DNA of 64,000 nt from Clostridia bacterium (GTDB lineage: Bacteria; Bacillota; Clostridia; Christensenellales; UBA1242), in NCBI GenBank assembly GCA_045588915.1, contig JAZNFA010000004.1, positions 131,707-195,706 on the forward strand. Reading direction: 5' to 3'. The translations under genes were made by a program, and so were the position numbers. Every line of letters starts with the position of its first letter. Positions within the stretch are counted from its first letter, which is position 1. Below, piece by piece: positions 46,963 through 55,154 of this stretch. The notes beneath the pieces were generated by a model that ran no database searches, was not told the origin of the DNA, and saw only the letters and a list, made by a program, of their open reading frames with translations.

Positions 46963-46992
46963 ATTATATATGATTGCAACAAGCAAGGTCAA
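46963..46992 (-). promoter_or_regulatory. Putative promoter: TTGACC-N18-TATAAT-N7-ATG (family member 3)
   Basis: Complement of 46987-46992 and 46963-46968. Confidence 0.55.
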
Positions 46993-47012
46993 TACCCACG
47001 GCTAATTTTGGA

Positions 47013-47569
47013 TTACATTTCGTAATTAACGACATTATCATAAATTAAAGAACCAAGTCTATTGATTTTATTTTTAACACTGCGCGCTTGACCAGGTGTA
47101 AGTTTCATATTTTGTGTCGCTACACCTAATTCATCAATGACGTGTTTATGTTTTAGGTAATATTTATATTCACGATAAATGAACCAATTTTCCTTAAAAG
47201 TTTTTTCTAATAGTTTATTTTGCGATGATTGCATCACATAATAATCGTCATTTTTAACGTGTAAGTAATAATAAAAATCAATCGCTTTTTTCACTGACAT
47301 CTTGCTTTTTTTGATTAGCAATCCCACTGATATGTTTAACCATCCAATCTTTATTGGATAAATGCAAAGCTACAATATTATTTTCTACTTTCTTCGTCAG
47401 GGAAAATCAAAGGCAATAATTGAAATAACCGTTCAAATTCTAATTTTTTATTTGTATCATCTTTAAAAGGAATTGAATCATTTGTAAACTTATCAAGAGT
47501 TAATTCTTTGACTTGCTGTGGTTTTTGTTGATGACAAAAACTGCTTTTTAAATTGTGGAGTTTCGGCAT
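47013..47569 (-). pseudogene. Decayed family member 4 (frameshifted, central region deleted)
   Basis: Three frames carry collinear family segments: the N-terminus (LFQLLPLIFPDEE), IVALHLSNKDWMVKHI, and the C-terminus (FIYREYKYY, GVATQNMKL). The AFEN.YYP region is missing. An A7 tract on the coding strand (47306-47312) sits at one frame junction. Confidence 0.7.
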
Positions 47570-47571
47570 TC

Positions 47572-48519
47572 TTAAATACTTTTCTCTACTTCACTTTTGT
47601 TTTTAACTTTGTTTTTTTCTTGACTTTGTTTTAACAAAGCAACACGTTCGTCATTAAAACCAGTAGATTTTTTAATACAATCAAAATAACTAAATTGACT
47701 CATACCCATATTTTCAGTGAAAGTTCCTGCTTTTTTAATCACTTTAAAATGATTCCCACCATAATAAAATTCATAATGTTTTAACCATTCTTCGCGATGC
47801 TTTTTATGCAATTCACACCACTTCATATAAAGATTATCATTCTTTGGTTCGTCAGCTTGTGGATAATAAAATTCGTCAAAAGCACGTATCATATTTTGTC
47901 GGCGCCATAAGTCTGCATTCTTTTCTAAATTAAATTCAGCAGTAGATCGTTTTAACCCTAAAATTTTCATACAAAAAATAACTTTGTCGCGGAGAATTTC
48001 ATCATAAGGAACAAAACAACGACGAACTTTTTTATCACAAAAAGGATCGGACACGGTGGTATTTGCAATAAACTCTTTAACAAAACTATCTTGATAATTA
48101 CTTAAACCTTGATTAAATTCAAGTGAATCTCGGATAAAGTTTTTAACGACAGTACGACTGTAATTAAATTCAGGAACTTCCTTTTTAACAACAGCAATAA
48201 CATGCTCTGCAAGAAATTCATAATCATTCATATGTAAAGGCAAACGCTTGACAGGTTCTTTTTGTGTTTTTTCAAAATTCTTAATTTCTTTTTTAACAAT
48301 TTCCACCATGCGCTTACGTTGTTCTACGTTAAAGCTTTTGTCTTCAAGCAAAACATCTTCAATATTAAATTCATGGAAAAACTGACAAATGTTCACTACG
48401 GAATCATTATCCATTGTGAAAATTTTATCAAGGTTTTCGATAATAACTTTAAACTGTGGTTTTAATTTTGTGCTTGTTACAGTTGTACTTAGTTTCGTTA
48501 ATTTTTTTGCATCAGCCAT
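47572..48519 (-). CDS. Uncharacterised basic protein, tandem family member 5
   Basis: LPLHMNDYEFL, PYDEILRDKV, AFDEFYYP, WLKHYEFYYG. Possible TTGACA-N18-TATACA-N8-ATG promoter at 48528-48557. Confidence 0.7.
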   Translation of the reverse strand: MADAKKLTKLSTTVTSTKLKPQFKVIIENLDKIFTMDNDSVVNICQFFHEFNIEDVLLEDKSFNVEQRKRMVEIVKKEIKNFEKTQKEPVKRLPLHMNDYEFLAEHVIAVVKKEVPEFNYSRTVVKNFIRDSLEFNQGLSNYQDSFVKEFIANTTVSDPFCDKKVRRCFVPYDEILRDKVIFCMKILGLKRSTAEFNLEKNADLWRRQNMIRAFDEFYYPQADEPKNDNLYMKWCELHKKHREEWLKHYEFYYGGNHFKVIKKAGTFTENMGMSQFSYFDCIKKSTGFNDERVALLKQSQEKNKVKNKSEVEKSI

Positions 48520-48553
48520 ATATTATATGTATATAACTTTCTGAACACAAATG

Positions 48554-49783
48554 TCAATATGCAGTTGAAAAATTTTCTGTCATATCTTGGTAAAATTTGT
48601 CTAAATTCTTCACATATTGTTGAATAAAGGATACTTTTAGCTCTTCAGTTGTTTCAGCATCAATATTTGTTAAATCCAATGTTTGATACTTTACGATTTT
48701 TTTACAAATATGGAAAATGTTAGTATTATCAATTAAGTTTCGGTTAAGTTGATTTTTTTCTTTATTTGGTCGTTTCATAAATAAATGGACATTGGTTGCA
48801 CTGTGGTCGCCACTGGTATAAAGCGTATTGTTCATTCTTTCTAATTCGGCTTTATCTTCTGCCAATTGTAAGCCACCTGTTTCGTGGTCGGCTGTAATCA
48901 TCACGACGGTATCATCACGCCCAGCACAGAATTCATAAACAGCTTCAATCATTGCGGCGAAATACGCAACTTCATGCAGAGCATTAACCAATTGATTTCC
49001 GTGACTATATTTATCGATCCAACCATTTTCAATCATTAAACAAAAACCATTTTCGTTATCAAGATAATTTAAAACGTTTTTAATTAAAGCTGGGAAATCT
49101 ACCCAATCTCGACCAGGATTAGTCTGCTCGTGATTATATGGTGATAGCAAATCAGGAAACATTGCAATGTATTTTTCGTTTGGGTTTAAAGTTTCAGGAA
49201 AATCATCTGTTGTATTCGAAAAATGATATCCATTACGATAAAAACCAATATAGCTATTATCATACTCTGCCGCACGAGCACCAATCAAAATATCAATACC
49301 ACTGTTAATTTGGTCTTGCACAATTTCGTCAAGATTATTACGTGATTTTGTATGTGCCGAATAAGCACCTGGGGTTGCTCCGTGTAAGGTATCTGATGTC
49401 AAAATGCCAGTTTTCTTACCTTGTTTTTGTGCAATTTCCATTAAGTTTTCAATGTCTTTTCTTTCGTGCCAACCAATTTCGCCATTATTAAATTTTTGAC
49501 CGGTTGCCAACGCACTTCCGGATGCCGCACTGTCTGTGACCGGACTGTCTTTCGAGTGTGTAGTAACATCACACACATAATCGTCTTCAAAAGCGTATTG
49601 ATCAACATCAAAATAGGTTTTAGCATTCTTTAAATGATTCGGACCAAAACCATCGCCAATCATGACGATGACGTTTTTAATTTCGCCATGGATATTATCT
49701 ATTTGTGGTTTTGGTGAGCATCCCACAAAGCTCATCATCACAACCAATAAACACGATAACGTAATGGCAAACTTTTTTTTCAT
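48554..49783 (-). CDS. Lipoprotein alkaline phosphatase (PhoA family)
   Basis: Lipobox SFVGC. GDGFGP, TDSAASGSALATG (nucleophile Ser) and ADHETGG motifs. Confidence 0.85.
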   Translation of the reverse strand: MKKKFAITLSCLLVVMMSFVGCSPKPQIDNIHGEIKNVIVMIGDGFGPNHLKNAKTYFDVDQYAFEDDYVCDVTTHSKDSPVTDSAASGSALATGQKFNNGEIGWHERKDIENLMEIAQKQGKKTGILTSDTLHGATPGAYSAHTKSRNNLDEIVQDQINSGIDILIGARAAEYDNSYIGFYRNGYHFSNTTDDFPETLNPNEKYIAMFPDLLSPYNHEQTNPGRDWVDFPALIKNVLNYLDNENGFCLMIENGWIDKYSHGNQLVNALHEVAYFAAMIEAVYEFCAGRDDTVVMITADHETGGLQLAEDKAELERMNNTLYTSGDHSATNVHLFMKRPNKEKNQLNRNLIDNTNIFHICKKIVKYQTLDLTNIDAETTEELKVSFIQQYVKNLDKFYQDMTENFSTAY

Positions 49784-49839
49784 TTGTTACCTCTGGTTTT
49801 ATTTAAATGCATAACTTAATATTTGGCAACTGAAAATTT

Positions 49840-50625
49840 TTAGTCGACATTCACACCTTTACGGAAAGCTTTAAGTGATAAAACATAGAAAACCACAATC
49901 AGAATTGTATAAACAACAACCCCGGTCCATAAGACACTCATCAAAGCCGAACTGGTCAAAGTTAATGTTGCACCGGTTAATTGAATACCATTAGCAGCTA
50001 AAACAATGACCATAAAAACAAACAATACACTGATTGCAGCAAATGATAATGCCGTTGTGATTAAAAAGGTTTTTAACACTCGGTTTTCTTTGGCGCGATA
50101 AGCAAGTACGATAGAATAAAAAATTATGGCAATAAACATCAAGAATTCCACAACCACCAAAGCAACAAACAACGACACTAACCAGCCAATCGAGAATTCA
50201 CCAATAATTACAAAAGAAAGAATGAATGCCAAGCTATCGAACATAGTTGGAGTGAAGAACATAATCAATAACGAAACTACCATCACCACAAAACCTAAAC
50301 CGATTTCAATCAAAGCTGTCAAAAATTTAGAGTTGATAATTTGGTTTTTGGTAACTGGTAACGTGTGCGTTAAATAAGATTCATCACCGTATAAAGATTT
50401 TGTAAAATTTAAAAAGTTACGCAAGAACGGTTGCAAAATAACGTTCACCACCAATGCGTAAAAAACAGAATCAAAGACGATACCCAACACCTTAAATAAA
50501 ACGATATTTTCCCCCAATTCTTTACAAACGCGCGTAATTGTCGCCACAGCAATTGTTGCCACAAACAAAATCCACAACCAACGCATATTGCGATTTAAGT
50601 CTTTTTTTAACAACTTACCTAACAT
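49840..50625 (-). CDS. ABC transporter permease-like polytopic membrane protein
   Basis: About 6 TM helices. Start at 50625 (MLGKLLKK) with a GGAGGA SD. The track's start gives an implausibly long overlap with the ATPase gene. Confidence 0.6.
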   Translation of the reverse strand: MLGKLLKKDLNRNMRWLWILFVATIAVATITRVCKELGENIVLFKVLGIVFDSVFYALVVNVILQPFLRNFLNFTKSLYGDESYLTHTLPVTKNQIINSKFLTALIEIGLGFVVMVVSLLIMFFTPTMFDSLAFILSFVIIGEFSIGWLVSLFVALVVVEFLMFIAIIFYSIVLAYRAKENRVLKTFLITTALSFAAISVLFVFMVIVLAANGIQLTGATLTLTSSALMSVLWTGVVVYTILIVVFYVLSLKAFRKGVNVD

Positions 50626-51316
50626 AAAATTTCCTCCTGAAAATTTCATCAATTGACGCTTTTTCTTTTTGACGTAACGTTTCAGCATTTTCTTGCAAGA
50701 TAACTGTTCCATTATCAATCATAATAACTTCATCCAAGATTTTTTCAATATCGGCAATCATATGGGTAGAAATCAACAAGGTTGCATCTTGATTAAAGTT
50801 TTTCAAAATGGTTTGCAAAATATAATCACGACTGGCTGGGTCAACGCCACCCAAAGGTTCATCAAGAATATAAATCTTGGCACGACGACTCATCACCATT
50901 ACCAATTGGACTTTTTCTTTCATACCTTTACTCATTTTGGCAAGGCGCATATTTTTATCTAATTGCAAATCTACCAAAAGTTTTTCGGCTTTCTCACGGT
51001 CAAAATCTTCATAAAAATCTGCGAACATCTGGATGACTTCGCTGACACGTAAACCCGAATCAAGATAAGTACGTTCTGGCAAAAAGGAAACGACTTTTTT
51101 CGTGGCAACACCAACCGGTTGCCCATCAATCAAAACCTCACCACTGGTAGCCGTTAATAAGTCATTGGCTAATTTAAACAAAGTCGATTTACCACTACCA
51201 TTCTTCCCCAACAACCCCACAACCTTGCCGGCAGGAATTTGCAAGTTAATATCACGCAAAACGGTGGTATCACCAAAACTTTTATTCACGTGACGATACT
51301 CTAAAATCACACTCAT
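50615..51316 (-). CDS. ABC transporter ATP-binding protein
   Basis: Walker A GKNGSGKST, signature MSKGMKEK, Walker B IYILDEP. Confidence 0.9.
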   Translation of the reverse strand: MSVILEYRHVNKSFGDTTVLRDINLQIPAGKVVGLLGKNGSGKSTLFKLANDLLTATSGEVLIDGQPVGVATKKVVSFLPERTYLDSGLRVSEVIQMFADFYEDFDREKAEKLLVDLQLDKNMRLAKMSKGMKEKVQLVMVMSRRAKIYILDEPLGGVDPASRDYILQTILKNFNQDATLLISTHMIADIEKILDEVIMIDNGTVILQENAETLRQKEKASIDEIFRRKFYVR

Positions 51317-51362
51317 AATTTAACGTACCATAATTTAATCAAATGGCCAACAAATATTACTA

Positions 51363-51397
51363 AATAAAAAGTTCCACACCCATAACGAATGTGGAAC
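51363..51397 (-). terminator. Rho-independent terminator
   Basis: gttccaca / tgtggaac stem followed by a T-rich run on the minus strand. Confidence 0.65.
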
Positions 51398-51422
51398 ATA
51401 GTTTATTCGATACAATTTATAA

Positions 51423-51926
51423 TTATTCTGCTGGTACAACTTTAGCTTTTTTCTTATTGCTCAAAACGATGTAAACTGTACTTGCAGCTGCACCGCAAAG
51501 ACCAATCAACATAAAGACAATGTATACTGCTCTTGCAGTTTCTTCACCTTGGTTCTTGATAGTAATTGAGTAACCACTGTCTGCAACTTTAATTTCAAAT
51601 GCATTAATGTTACCCATTGGTTCGTATTCGCCACCTTCAACATAAGTAAACATCAATTTTCCATCAACAACTTTATAGAATACTTCTTCCTTTTGATATT
51701 CAGTATCAATTGCATTTTTGATTGTGGTTTCCATTGTTCCCTTACCATTGTTATTTAAGGTAAGTTCCATTCTAATATTAATGCCAGCCATTGAATCATC
51801 ATAAACGTAAGTACTGTTTGAATAAGGTTTGACACAGTTAACAATCAATGTTACCAAGTAAACCACAAACAAGCCAACCGACAAGCACAAGGCAGGGATT
51901 TTTAAGAATTTTTTTAATTTTTCCAT
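51423..51926 (-). CDS. Bitopic membrane protein (N- and C-terminal TM helices), unknown function
   Basis: 167 aa. GGAGGT SD. TTGACA-N17-TATATA promoter at 51957-51985. Confidence 0.55.
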   Translation of the reverse strand: MEKLKKFLKIPALCLSVGLFVVYLVTLIVNCVKPYSNSTYVYDDSMAGINIRMELTLNNNGKGTMETTIKNAIDTEYQKEEVFYKVVDGKLMFTYVEGGEYEPMGNINAFEIKVADSGYSITIKNQGEETARAVYIVFMLIGLCGAAASTVYIVLSNKKKAKVVPAE

Positions 51927-52020
51927 TTTTATTTACCTCCAAAATGAATATAATTTTATATATCACATTTGTCGAAAAATGTCAAATTGTATGATATCGC
52001 TCTAATCGCATTCTTATTTG

Positions 52021-53415
52021 TTAATTTAAACTTTTTGATTTAAAACTCTGCACAAAGCGAATTGTCATTAAAACAACAGCAATTCCAGTAAAAATATTTG
52101 CCGTATAATAAATTGAATACACTAATAAATCTTTAAAGATTTTAAAATAATACATATATGTAATCAATACACCGTATTCAAGCAAGATATATGAATGCAG
52201 TGAAATTTTATCTTGAGTAATCATTAAATAGACAAACATAAAAATCTCGGCAATGTAATAATAACGGTCAAGCATTTTGGGCATAAAGAAGACACAAATC
52301 ATAGGAATAAAAGCTGATAAAAAAATCACATCGCGCGCTTCCAATTGGTTTCGTTTCGTTTTGCAAACACGCAGAATAATGAACGTTAAAATAGCAATTA
52401 CAATACTAATAAAAATAAAAGTTAAGATGGAATACCAAATACTTGTTTTTGTAATTAAGCCTGTTGCTAAAAACAAGTTGGCGCAATTTCCCCATAACGC
52501 TTGTCCTTCGTTGCCAACAAAAATCTGATTGAAATAAATTTCAAAAACTTTAAATATCGAACCACCGAAAAAAACTGAAACGATATTTATGACAATAAAA
52601 ACTAAAGGCGTTAACCAAATGTGTCTCCAGTATAAATATTTTTCGCCATTACTATTCCGACAAAGCAATAAAATAAGCACTACTGGATAAACTAACAAAA
52701 TTTGTAATTTCATTGCTAAACCAAACCCCATCATAACAAAACACCAAATTGATTTATGTTGTACTGCAAAATAAATTCCGGCAATCGCAAAAAATGAATA
52801 CACGACATCACACTGTGCCCATTGGCTGGTGTTCAACAATGGAATAAGAAGTAATAAGGCGATTGCCAAATGAACAGGATTTGCTTTGTCTTTTTTCACA
52901 ACGGCAATCAGTTTCATTACAATAATTGCAGTTGCGACCTCAATATAAAAAGAAAGAGTTTTAATCAAATATAAACTAGAAATTGGCAAACGACTGACTA
53001 AAATTAAAAAATAATTATAAAAAGGTGCGTAATTACCGACTTGCTGAATAAAACAATCCTGAAGCGATAAAGACTGATACTCTTTTATCCACTCCGACAA
53101 AAAACAAAGATAATCATCACTAATATAATCAGCCAACAAAATTCTAATCACATAAGATAAAGTAAACAAAGATAAAACAATAAACGTAGTTTTACTTTTA
53201 CCACATTGACAAATTGTCCAGATAGCTAATCCGATAAATGGCAAAAGCGTTGCAAGATAAATAAAAATTATACTCGCAACTTTAAAGTTATTGGTTAAAC
53301 TCTTGCCCGATGGCAATCTCATTTGTCCAATTTCACTGTACAAAAAAATACAAACAAAAAAAGCTAATACTAAACAAACAACAACTTTAAGTGGTATTAA
53401 CTTCTTTTGTTTCAT
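52021..53415 (-). CDS. Polytopic GT-C-like membrane glycosyltransferase (DUF2029/COG5542-like)
   Basis: 464 aa with about 12 TM helices. Acidic first-loop motif LLADYISDDYLCFLSEW. The assignment rests on architecture only. Confidence 0.45.
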   Translation of the reverse strand: MKQKKLIPLKVVVCLVLAFFVCIFLYSEIGQMRLPSGKSLTNNFKVASIIFIYLATLLPFIGLAIWTICQCGKSKTTFIVLSLFTLSYVIRILLADYISDDYLCFLSEWIKEYQSLSLQDCFIQQVGNYAPFYNYFLILVSRLPISSLYLIKTLSFYIEVATAIIVMKLIAVVKKDKANPVHLAIALLLLIPLLNTSQWAQCDVVYSFFAIAGIYFAVQHKSIWCFVMMGFGLAMKLQILLVYPVVLILLLCRNSNGEKYLYWRHIWLTPLVFIVINIVSVFFGGSIFKVFEIYFNQIFVGNEGQALWGNCANLFLATGLITKTSIWYSILTFIFISIVIAILTFIILRVCKTKRNQLEARDVIFLSAFIPMICVFFMPKMLDRYYYIAEIFMFVYLMITQDKISLHSYILLEYGVLITYMYYFKIFKDLLVYSIYYTANIFTGIAVVLMTIRFVQSFKSKSLN

Positions 53416-53462
53416 TGCTTCTCCAATCGAATTGTTTTACCGGAAAAGTAAATTTTTTAAAT

Positions 53463-53552
53463 TGGCGGAGAGACAGGGATTCGAACCCTGGCCGCCTTTT
53501 ACAGCGCTACTCCCTTAGCAGGGGAGCCCCTTAACCGCTTGGGTACCTCTCC
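53463..53552 (-). tRNA. tRNA-Ser (anticodon GCT), CCA encoded
   Basis: The reverse complement is GGAGAGG...CTCCC-CTGCTAA-GGGAG, a long variable arm, then CAGGGTTCGAATCCCTG...GCCA. Confidence 0.92.
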
Positions 53553-53562
53553 AGGTTATTTC

Positions 53563-53591
53563 AGTCTATGGTGTAATTTGATTTTTGTCAA
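53563..53591 (-). promoter_or_regulatory. Putative tRNA-Ser promoter: TTGACA-N17-TAGACT
   Basis: Complement of 53586-53591 and 53563-53568, 10 nt before the tRNA 5' end. Confidence 0.5.
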
Positions 53592-53630
53592 GTTTTGTTC
53601 GCCACATAAACTGAAATAATTTAATGTTTT

Positions 53631-55154
53631 TTACTTAATTTTTACCATACTTGGATTGAACGCTGGATTTACCGGAACACCCATTAAGGTACAAACTGTC
53701 GCAGCAATATTCGTTAAACCGAACTCGCCGTCTTGCAATTTTACATCTGGCGTTCCAAATGGACAAATTATCATCGGGACTAAATTGTTTGTATGTGAAG
53801 TTTTGGTCTTGCCTGTTTCGTCCGCCATTTCTTCGGCGTTGCCGTGGTCAGCCGTAATAATCAAATTAACACCTTGCGCACGACAAACCTCGTACAAGCG
53901 CCCTACACATTCATCAACCGTTTGGCAAGCAATCACAGCTGCGTCAAAGTTACCGGTATGACCTACCATATCTGGATTTGGTAAATTACATTTTAAGAAA
54001 TCGTATTCGCCGCTTTCAATCGCCGCAATCAATTTTTCGGTAATTGGTTCAGCTTGCATTTTCGGAGCTTTATCATACAAGTTATTCAACTTATCACTGG
54101 GAATTTCTAACCATGTTTCTATTTGTGAATCAATTGGTGCACTTTTGTTGCCATTAAAGAAATAAGTCATATGACCGAATTTAACCGTTTCGGTAACTGT
54201 GTACTGACGCACACCGTGTTCACATAACCAAGAAGTCAATGTGTTGTTAATTACTGGTGGTTCACATAAATAGTTCGCAGGCAAATTCATTTCGGCATCA
54301 TACTGTAAGATACCAGCGAAATAACAATCTTTAATCATTGCAAATTGTTCAGCCGTGATATAGTCGCCGTTATCGAACATACGAGCTGTTTCAACGGCAC
54401 GGTCGCCACGATAATTTAACAATAAAATTGCTTCACCGTTTTTAATTAAGTTATCAGGGTCAACGATGACTGGTGGAACTTGTTCGTCAGACAAGGTCGG
54501 ATGCGCTTGATAAAATTCTTCCAAATACGTACGCCAATCTTGAACCACAGGTGCTTTCCCTTCCACACAGACTTCAAAAGCTTTAGTGAGCATTTCGGTT
54601 TGCGCTTGATAACGGTCCATAAAGATTTGACCACGTCCACCGATAACTGACAAGTTTGGTACTTGTGCCAAAAATTCAGCTGCCGAACGTGGACTGACGT
54701 CACGTCCATCGGTAATCGCAATCACGCTGAATGGCAAGTTTTGTTTTTGACATTGTTCAATAACTTGAAACAAATGTTCAATATTACTGTGTACTCGTCC
54801 GTTACTGCACAAGATGATAATGTTCAATTTTGGGAAAGTGCTGATTTTTTGCCAGACGGATGATTCAAAAATCTTACCAGTGGCAAAGGCATCATTCAAC
54901 AAAGATAAGCCCTGCTTAATTGTTACACCAGCACCCATTGCATTGTGGCCAACTTCACTATTGCCGGCATCTTTCGCACTATCAAGTCCCACCTCGTGTC
55001 CACTGGCACGGATTAAAGTACTGAGATGCGCTGCCTTTGCTTTGTTTAAGTTTGGCATACCTGCCGCCGTTACAGCATTTCCTGCTGTGCGTTCACAATG
55101 ACCTAAACCGTCCATTACACATAAAACCGTTTTGTTAAATTGTTTATTTGTCAT
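53631..55154 (-). CDS. gpmI: 2,3-bisphosphoglycerate-independent phosphoglycerate mutase
   Basis: MDGLG, GNSEVGH (catalytic Ser), TADHGNAE. 507 aa. Confidence 0.9.
   Translation of the reverse strand: MTNKQFNKTVLCVMDGLGHCERTAGNAVTAAGMPNLNKAKAAHLSTLIRASGHEVGLDSAKDAGNSEVGHNAMGAGVTIKQGLSLLNDAFATGKIFESSVWQKISTFPKLNIIILCSNGRVHSNIEHLFQVIEQCQKQNLPFSVIAITDGRDVSPRSAAEFLAQVPNLSVIGGRGQIFMDRYQAQTEMLTKAFEVCVEGKAPVVQDWRTYLEEFYQAHPTLSDEQVPPVIVDPDNLIKNGEAILLLNYRGDRAVETARMFDNGDYITAEQFAMIKDCYFAGILQYDAEMNLPANYLCEPPVINNTLTSWLCEHGVRQYTVTETVKFGHMTYFFNGNKSAPIDSQIETWLEIPSDKLNNLYDKAPKMQAEPITEKLIAAIESGEYDFLKCNLPNPDMVGHTGNFDAAVIACQTVDECVGRLYEVCRAQGVNLIITADHGNAEEMADETGKTKTSHTNNLVPMIICPFGTPDVKLQDGEFGLTNIAATVCTLMGVPVNPAFNPSMVKIK

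Noticed and set aside
51963-51985. 6-6-6 palindrome ACATTT-GTCGAA-AAATGT overlapping the spacer and -35 of the promoter for the 51423-51926 gene, as a possible operator
   Set aside because: Short AT-rich palindromes are common in this sequence. There is no adjacent regulator gene and no second copy.
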